This document shows, piece by piece, positions 39,128-43,793 of a DNA stretch of 43,793 nt (position 1 is its first letter; each line of letters opens with the position of its first letter). Under the pieces are notes generated by a model. The model was not told the DNA's origin and did no database searches. It saw nothing but the letters and a program-made list of their open reading frames with translations. Source of the DNA: Candidatus Egerieousia excrementavium (GTDB lineage: Bacteria; Bacteroidota; Bacteroidia; Bacteroidales; UBA932); contig JADINB010000136.1 in the NCBI GenBank assembly GCA_017694275.1, positions 1-43,793 on the forward strand. Reading direction: 5' to 3'. Made by a program: the position numbers and the translations under genes.

Positions 39128-39885
39128 TATTGATTGTCGTTTATAAGCCAGTCGTAACCTCTTTTCTCCACTTCCATTGCAAGTTCCTTGCCTGCGCTCT
39201 TTATGATCCGCCCTTTGTAGAGAACATGTACTATGTCTGGTACTATATAGTCAAGCAATCGCTGGTAATGGGTGATTACGATTGTGGCGTTTGTGCTTTT
39301 TTTGAGTTTGTTTACACCATTTGCCACTATCCTGAGTGCATCGACATCGAGCCCGCTGTCGGTCTCGTCTAGAATTGCAAGACGGGGGTCGAGCATCGCC
39401 ATCTGGAAAATCTCATTCCTTTTCTTTTCTCCGCCTGAAAATCCAACGTTTACGCCTCTGGACGAAAATGCCGGGTCCATTTCCACAACTGCGAGTTTTT
39501 CTCTCATGAGCTTCAGGTACTCCGCTGCGCTCAACGGGGGGAGGCCGTTATGTTTACGGTGCTGGTTGACAGCTGTTTTCATAAAATTCACATTGGTAAC
39601 CCCGGGTATCTCTACCGGATATTGGAACCCAAGGAATATTCCGGCCCAGGAACGCTCCTCCGGCTGCATTTCCAGCAGATTTTTTCCCATGTAGGTTACA
39701 CTTCCTCCCGTTACGGTATAATTTTCCTTGCCGGCAAGCACTGCCGAAAGCGTACTTTTACCTGAGCCGTTGGGGCCCATTATAGCATGCACTTCCCCCT
39801 CGTTTACAGTGAGGTTTATTCCCTTTAAAATCTCCCTGTCATTTACCGAGGCATGTAAATCCTTTATATCTATTAAATTAGCCAT
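39127..39885 (-). CDS. sufC: Fe-S cluster assembly ATPase SufC
   Basis: Walker A GPNGSGKST, ABC signature FSGGEKKR, and Walker B AILDETDSGLD. Confidence 0.95.
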   Translation of the reverse strand: MANLIDIKDLHASVNDREILKGINLTVNEGEVHAIMGPNGSGKSTLSAVLAGKENYTVTGGSVTYMGKNLLEMQPEERSWAGIFLGFQYPVEIPGVTNVNFMKTAVNQHRKHNGLPPLSAAEYLKLMREKLAVVEMDPAFSSRGVNVGFSGGEKKRNEIFQMAMLDPRLAILDETDSGLDVDALRIVANGVNKLKKSTNATIVITHYQRLLDYIVPDIVHVLYKGRIIKSAGKELAMEVEKRGYDWLINDNQ

Positions 39886-39903
39886 ATCTTATAATATCAA
39901 GTT

Positions 39904-40554
39904 TCAGGCGCGTTCCTCTCTCATTTTCTTGCGCCACATTGTAAATCCAAAGAAAGCGAGGATAAGGTATCCGAGGCATACCAGCGGCATGAATACCAGT
40001 CCGGCCGAGATGTATAGTACAGAGTTCATTATGTTCACCACAAGCCATGCACCCCAGCAATCCAGTTTCTTCTGTGCAGACAGGTATTGTGCAAGCAGTA
40101 TGAACGAGGTGACAAATGCATCGAGATAGGGTTGCCGTGCCTGTGGAAATTCTGGTATGAAATTGTGTACGTTTTGCAGGAAAAGCCCCCACAGCAGGGT
40201 GAATGCCGCTATGATGCATAGAATGACAACTCTCTGTCTGTTCGTAAGAAGAGTAACCTTGAGCTGTTGTTTCCTGTCTTTTTCATTTTCTTTGGGATGG
40301 GTCCATCTGTAATGGCCGAAGAAGTTTATGGCCAATGAGATTGGCTGCAGCATCATGCTGGAGTAGAGATGCTTTTGCGCGAACATTATGAACAGGAATA
40401 TGTTGTAGAGATATCCTATCCAGAAGTTGGCCACCTTGCCCCTGGTAGCCAGAAAGACGCAACATAGCCCGGATATGGTAGAGAGCAGCTCTATAAGGCT
40501 AAGGTTCTGTCCGCCTATGGCAAGTATTGTGAAATCTATATCGAATATGAACAT
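39904..40554 (-). CDS. pnuC: PnuC-family transporter (nicotinamide riboside/vitamin uptake)
   Basis: By eye it aligns with PnuC. LSLIELLSTISGLCCVFLATRGKVANFWIGYLYNIFLFIMF... resembles the Haemophilus PnuC segment LSWIEAVGTIAGLLCIGLASLEKISNYFFGLINV. It has 7 predicted TM segments. The substrate is not determinable. Confidence 0.8.
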   Translation of the reverse strand: MFIFDIDFTILAIGGQNLSLIELLSTISGLCCVFLATRGKVANFWIGYLYNIFLFIMFAQKHLYSSMMLQPISLAINFFGHYRWTHPKENEKDRKQQLKVTLLTNRQRVVILCIIAAFTLLWGLFLQNVHNFIPEFPQARQPYLDAFVTSFILLAQYLSAQKKLDCWGAWLVVNIMNSVLYISAGLVFMPLVCLGYLILAFFGFTMWRKKMREERA

Positions 40555-40569
40555 GACATCAGTTTTTCG

Positions 40570-42009
40570 TTATCCTACACTTCCCTCCAGAGATACCTGA
40601 AGCAATTTCTGCGCCTCTACCGCAAATTCCATCGGCAGTTTGTTCAGGACCTCCTTTGCATAGCCGTTTACAATGAGTCCGACAGCATCTTCGGTGGTGA
40701 TGCCGCGCTGCCTGCAATAGAACAGCTGGTCTTCACCTATTTTCGAGGTTGTGGCCTCGTGTTCTACTATCGCACTCTTGTTTTCATTCTCTATGTAGGG
40801 AAAGGTATGCGCACCGCATTTGTCTCCAAGCAGCAGGCTGTCGCACTGCGAAAAGTTGCGGGCGTTGTCTGCATTTTTTGTCATTCTTACAAGACCCCGA
40901 TAGCTGTTCTGGCTATGGCCGGCCGATATTCCCTTGCTTATGATCCGGCTCTTTGTGTTCTTGCCTATGTGAATCATCTTTGTTCCGGTATCTGCCTGCT
41001 GATAGTTGTTGGTTACGGCTACAGAGTAGAACTCCGATACGGAATTGTCTCCTTTGAGAATGGTGCTCGGATATTTCCACGTAATGGCAGAACCAGTCTC
41101 GACCTGCGCCCAGAACAGTTTGCTGTTGTTGCCCTTGCAAATGCCTCTTTTTGTCACGAAATTGTATATTCCTCCCTTGCCGTCCCTGTCTCCCGGATAC
41201 CAGTTCTGTACCGTGGAGTATTTGACCTCCGCGTCTTGCATGACAACAATTTCCACAACTGCGGCATGCAGCTGGTTCTCGTCTCTCTGGGGTGCCGTGC
41301 ATCCTTCCAGATAACTTACGTATGAGCCTTCGTCGGCCACAATCAGTGTTCTTTCAAACTGCCCGGTCCCCTTTGCATTTATCCTGAAGTAACTCGACAG
41401 TTCCATGGGGCAGCGGGTTCCTTTGGGGATATAGCAGAAAGAGCCATCGCTGAAAACTGCGGAATTGAGTGCGGCAAAGAAGTTGTCTGAAGGTGGAACA
41501 ACGGATGCAAGATATTTTCTTACAAGGTCAGGATAATCTCTCACCGCTTCGGAGAATGAGCAGAATATCACGCCCTTTTCTGCCAGTGTCTCTCTGAATG
41601 TGGTTTTTACTGATACAGAGTCGAAAACGGCATCTACTGCCACGCCTGCCAGTACATTTCTCTCATGGAGCGGAATGCCCAGTTTGTTGAAAGTCTCTTC
41701 AAGTTGCGGGTCTATCTCCTTTTTCTCCTTTTTGGGAGCGGGAGCGGCATAATATATTATATCCTGATAGTCGATGGGAGGGATCTGCAGGTGAGCCCAG
41801 TGCGGAACCTCCATGCCTTTCCATTTCGCAAAGGCGCTGAGCCTGAAATCCAGCAGCCACTGCGGTTCATTCTTCTTTTTGGAAATAAGACGGATGATAT
41901 CTTCGTCAAGCCCTTTTGGAATGAACTCCTGTTCGAGATTTGTCTCGAACCCGTGCCGGTATTCGGCATTTGCGATATTCTCTATTACAGTGTTGTTATT
42001 TTTCTCCAT
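40570..42009 (-). CDS. sufB: Fe-S cluster assembly protein SufB
   Basis: Length is 479 aa, with [22 protein letters not shown] and [21 protein letters not shown]. Confidence 0.95.
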   Translation of the reverse strand: MEKNNNTVIENIANAEYRHGFETNLEQEFIPKGLDEDIIRLISKKKNEPQWLLDFRLSAFAKWKGMEVPHWAHLQIPPIDYQDIIYYAAPAPKKEKKEIDPQLEETFNKLGIPLHERNVLAGVAVDAVFDSVSVKTTFRETLAEKGVIFCSFSEAVRDYPDLVRKYLASVVPPSDNFFAALNSAVFSDGSFCYIPKGTRCPMELSSYFRINAKGTGQFERTLIVADEGSYVSYLEGCTAPQRDENQLHAAVVEIVVMQDAEVKYSTVQNWYPGDRDGKGGIYNFVTKRGICKGNNSKLFWAQVETGSAITWKYPSTILKGDNSVSEFYSVAVTNNYQQADTGTKMIHIGKNTKSRIISKGISAGHSQNSYRGLVRMTKNADNARNFSQCDSLLLGDKCGAHTFPYIENENKSAIVEHEATTSKIGEDQLFYCRQRGITTEDAVGLIVNGYAKEVLNKLPMEFAVEAQKLLQVSLEGSVG

Positions 42010-42017
42010 AAACTGTG

Positions 42018-42025
42018 CAAAGTTA
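42018..42025 (-). promoter_or_regulatory. -7 box (TAACTTTG on the minus strand) immediately upstream of sufB
   Basis: Matches TAnnTTTG and ends only 8 nt before the sufB ATG, which implies a very short leader. Confidence 0.3.
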
Positions 42026-42037
42026 ATTCATTTCATC

Positions 42038-42045
42038 TATTTTTG
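42038..42045 (+). promoter_or_regulatory. -7 box (TATTTTTG) for the thiL-like gene
   Basis: Matches TAnnTTTG, 13 nt before the ATG at 42059. Confidence 0.3.
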
Positions 42046-42058
42046 TAAAAAAATAAGT

Positions 42059-43093
42059 ATGGAGAATCAGGCAAAGGGAGAAAAGGGAGAGGAGAGAACC
42101 CAGATAAAGAGTATCGGAAGAAGTGAATTTCTTGAAAGGCTTTTTGAGGGTACTGGCTATAGTAATGCAGGGCTGCAGCTTTTCGACAATGGTGAGAGCA
42201 TCTGGACACATGCATCGTCGCTCATGCTGGAAGGAATAGACTTCGATCTGGTCTATACTCCTCTTAAGCATCTGGGATACAAGTCTGCCCTTTCTGTCTT
42301 CGGTCCGCTTTATGCCGGAGGCAGTTCGCCGGCCGGCCTTTCATGCAATATAGGTCTCTCGGCCCGGTTTGCAGCTGAAGATGTAGTCCTGCTATGGAGC
42401 GGAATCGTGGCTGCGGCACGGGAACATTCGGTAAAGAGCCTTTCGCTCGATCTGAGTTCTTCTCTTACCGGCCTTGCCATTGCACTCTCTGCCCAGGGGG
42501 AGTTAAGCAGGAAGGTGGCTGCAAAAATTCCTGAACCGGCACCGAATTCGCTGCTCTGCATTACCGGCAACATGGGGGCTGCATATATGGGTCTGCATGT
42601 ACTTGAGCGGGAGAAGGTGATGTTCAACAAACTTTCCAGAGAGCAGGCGGAGAAGTACGTGCAACCCGATTTGAGCAAGTACAAATATATCCTTTCGCAA
42701 TATCTCAGCCCCGAGATCAATCCTAAAATGTTGGAACAGTTTGCCCAGGCAGAGCTTTATCCCTCAGCCGGCGTCTTCATAAACCGCGGTCTTGCACGTG
42801 CCGTAATGCAGATGTGCGGAAAGTGTGGCCTGGGAGCAAGAATATTTCTTGAGAAGATTCCCATCGCATCGCAGACAATGGAGATGGCAAAAGAGATAAA
42901 CATGGATGCGGTGACCGCCGCTCTCAACGGAGGAGATGACTACAAGTTCCTTTTTGCAATTCCGCTTTCGGAGCATGAAAGGTTTCACCGTGAATTTCCG
43001 AACATGGATGTGATAGGGCATCTTACCGACAGGCAGAAAACGGCAACCCTTGTAACCCCGCAGGGAGAAGAGATTGCCGTCAAGGCTTTGTAA
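42059..43093 (+). CDS. thiL: Thiamine-monophosphate kinase-like (AIR synthase/PurM-fold) protein
   Basis: EGIDFDLVYTPLKHLGYKSA is typical of ThiL, with a C-terminal GGDDY motif. I trimmed the start to MENQAKGE because the upstream ORF extension overlaps sufB. The symbol is tentative. Confidence 0.7.
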   Translation: MENQAKGEKGEERTQIKSIGRSEFLERLFEGTGYSNAGLQLFDNGESIWTHASSLMLEGIDFDLVYTPLKHLGYKSALSVFGPLYAGGSSPAGLSCNIGLSARFAAEDVVLLWSGIVAAAREHSVKSLSLDLSSSLTGLAIALSAQGELSRKVAAKIPEPAPNSLLCITGNMGAAYMGLHVLEREKVMFNKLSREQAEKYVQPDLSKYKYILSQYLSPEINPKMLEQFAQAELYPSAGVFINRGLARAVMQMCGKCGLGARIFLEKIPIASQTMEMAKEINMDAVTAALNGGDDYKFLFAIPLSEHERFHREFPNMDVIGHLTDRQKTATLVTPQGEEIAVKAL

Positions 43094-43392
43094 AAAGAGT
43101 ACTCACTCTATCGAGTATTCGAATCCGTAGGATTCTATAAGTTCTATCAGTTCTGCCAAAATCTGGTAAATACCGGGTTTATATTTACAATGCAATTAAA
43201 TCAATCGAGTATAAGATTACATCTGTTTTTAAGGAGCAAATCAGGAACAAAAATGTGCTTATTTCCGGCTCTGCTAAGATGTTGTACAGCCAAAAGGAAA
43301 CACATTACATAAATCAATGGCTACATCGCTACATATACAAGGGTACTACTGCTTTTCATCAACAGGCAGTCATCCTCTCCTGCCTAAATGCA

Positions 43393-43435
43393 GTTTAGTT
43401 TAATTTAGCCTATATATAGGGCTAATAAACTAAAC
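43393..43435. repeat. 43-bp imperfect palindrome with an alternating TA centre
   Basis: GTTTAGTTTA(AT)TTAGCC-TATATATAG-GGCTAATAAACTAAAC forms 16 paired positions with one 2-nt bulge. It lies in the 442-bp non-coding spacer. Confidence 0.6.
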
Positions 43436-43535
43436 CAAACTGGTTTTTCCTTTATAACTTCAATATACAGCCCAAAGAGAAAAACTCTTATTTTCTTTTC
43501 GCTGTACAATGCCTGTAAGGGTTCCTGTAATCGAC

Positions 43536-43793
43536 TCATATGACTTTCATCTTCATGATGTCGAGCAGGTGGAATATTGTGCCGTCATTGACGGTGGTCG
43601 CCGAAGCGTGGTAATGGCCGTAATACCACGCATGCAGCGGATGTCCGTGCACGGTGAGCCAGCGGTAAAGCCGTTCCAGATCACGGCGTTCGTGCCTGAT
43701 GTCGTCGGCAAGCCACTCGTCGCCTGCGCAGAAGTGTTCCAGATCGCGTTTCGCCGCGGGCGGACAGAACGACGGGGCGCTGTGGGTAACGAC
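43536..43793 (-). CDS. Metallophosphoesterase (calcineurin-like), C-terminal fragment running off the window
   Basis: My own minus-strand translation reads VVTHSAPSFCPPAAKRDLEHFCAGDEWLADDIRHERRDLERLYRWLTVHGHPLHAWYYGHYHASATTVNDGTIFHLLDIMKMKVI*. It contains THxxP and GHYH motifs. The ORF is absent from the supplied track because it has no start within the window. GC is about 58-68% per 60-nt line. Confidence 0.6.
   Translation of the reverse strand, partial: VVTHSAPSFCPPAAKRDLEHFCAGDEWLADDIRHERRDLERLYRWLTVHGHPLHAWYYGHYHASATTVNDGTIFHLLDIMKMKVI

Noticed and set aside
41813-42058. An 82-codon upstream extension of the thiL-like ORF overlapping sufB.
   Set aside because: It is antisense to the conserved sufB N-terminus and reads as junk. 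The internal ATG at 42059 follows a -7 box.
43112-43140. A TTCGAATCC string resembling a tRNA T-loop just after the thiL-like gene, a possible tRNA fragment or att site.
   Set aside because: The flanking bases (GAGTA / CCGTA) cannot form a T stem, and no acceptor-stem pairing or cloverleaf can be drawn on either strand.

Overview
This window is a mostly housekeeping chromosomal segment that looks like Bacteroidota, probably Bacteroidales. Three things point there: the phylum-typical -7 promoter box TAnnTTTG sits 10-90 bp upstream of many genes and of both tRNAs; Shine-Dalgarno sites are largely absent; and the gene content fits. About 42 confident CDS and 2 tRNAs tile almost the whole window.

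Gene content:
- Respiration and central metabolism: frdA-frdB, mdh, gcvH.
- Translation and RNA: hflX, ybeY, mnmG, glyQS, tyrS, rbfA, tadA, tRNA-Thr(CGT), tRNA-Gln(TTG).
- Chaperones: groES/groEL.
- A complete SUF Fe-S system split into two loci, sufS-(tRNA)-sufE-DUF59 and sufB-pnuC-sufC-sufD.
- Other conserved genes: nrdJ, ispE, folK, ruvA, a thiL-like gene.
- Several secreted hydrolases: GH20, a DmpA-like peptidase, an S28-like peptidase, and a Cys-Ntn hydrolase.

I see no CRISPR array, reverse transcriptase, toxin-antitoxin pair or recognisable defence operon. I cannot honestly point to a clear novel multi-gene system.

Items most worth a second look:
1. An orphan small serine recombinase (Mpi/invertase-like) with an 8-2-8 palindrome just upstream. 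It sits immediately after a frdAB operon that lacks the expected frdC.
2. Two identical 19-nt parS-like palindromes flanking the 3' end of mnmG.
3. An abrupt compositional break at the right edge. A 442-bp spacer (about 32% GC in the 60-nt line I counted) carrying a 43-bp palindrome is followed by a roughly 60% GC partial metallophosphoesterase gene, probably the border of acquired DNA.
4. A 190-nt structured leader or sRNA candidate with mutually exclusive pairings upstream of a PPTase gene, within a PPTase-DUF2156-S28 cluster.
5. A tight gcvH-hypothetical-threonine aldolase-GNAT operon.
6. A PnuC-family transporter embedded inside sufBCD, next to the thiL-like gene.

All functional calls come from reading motifs in the translated ORFs. 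No database search was run.
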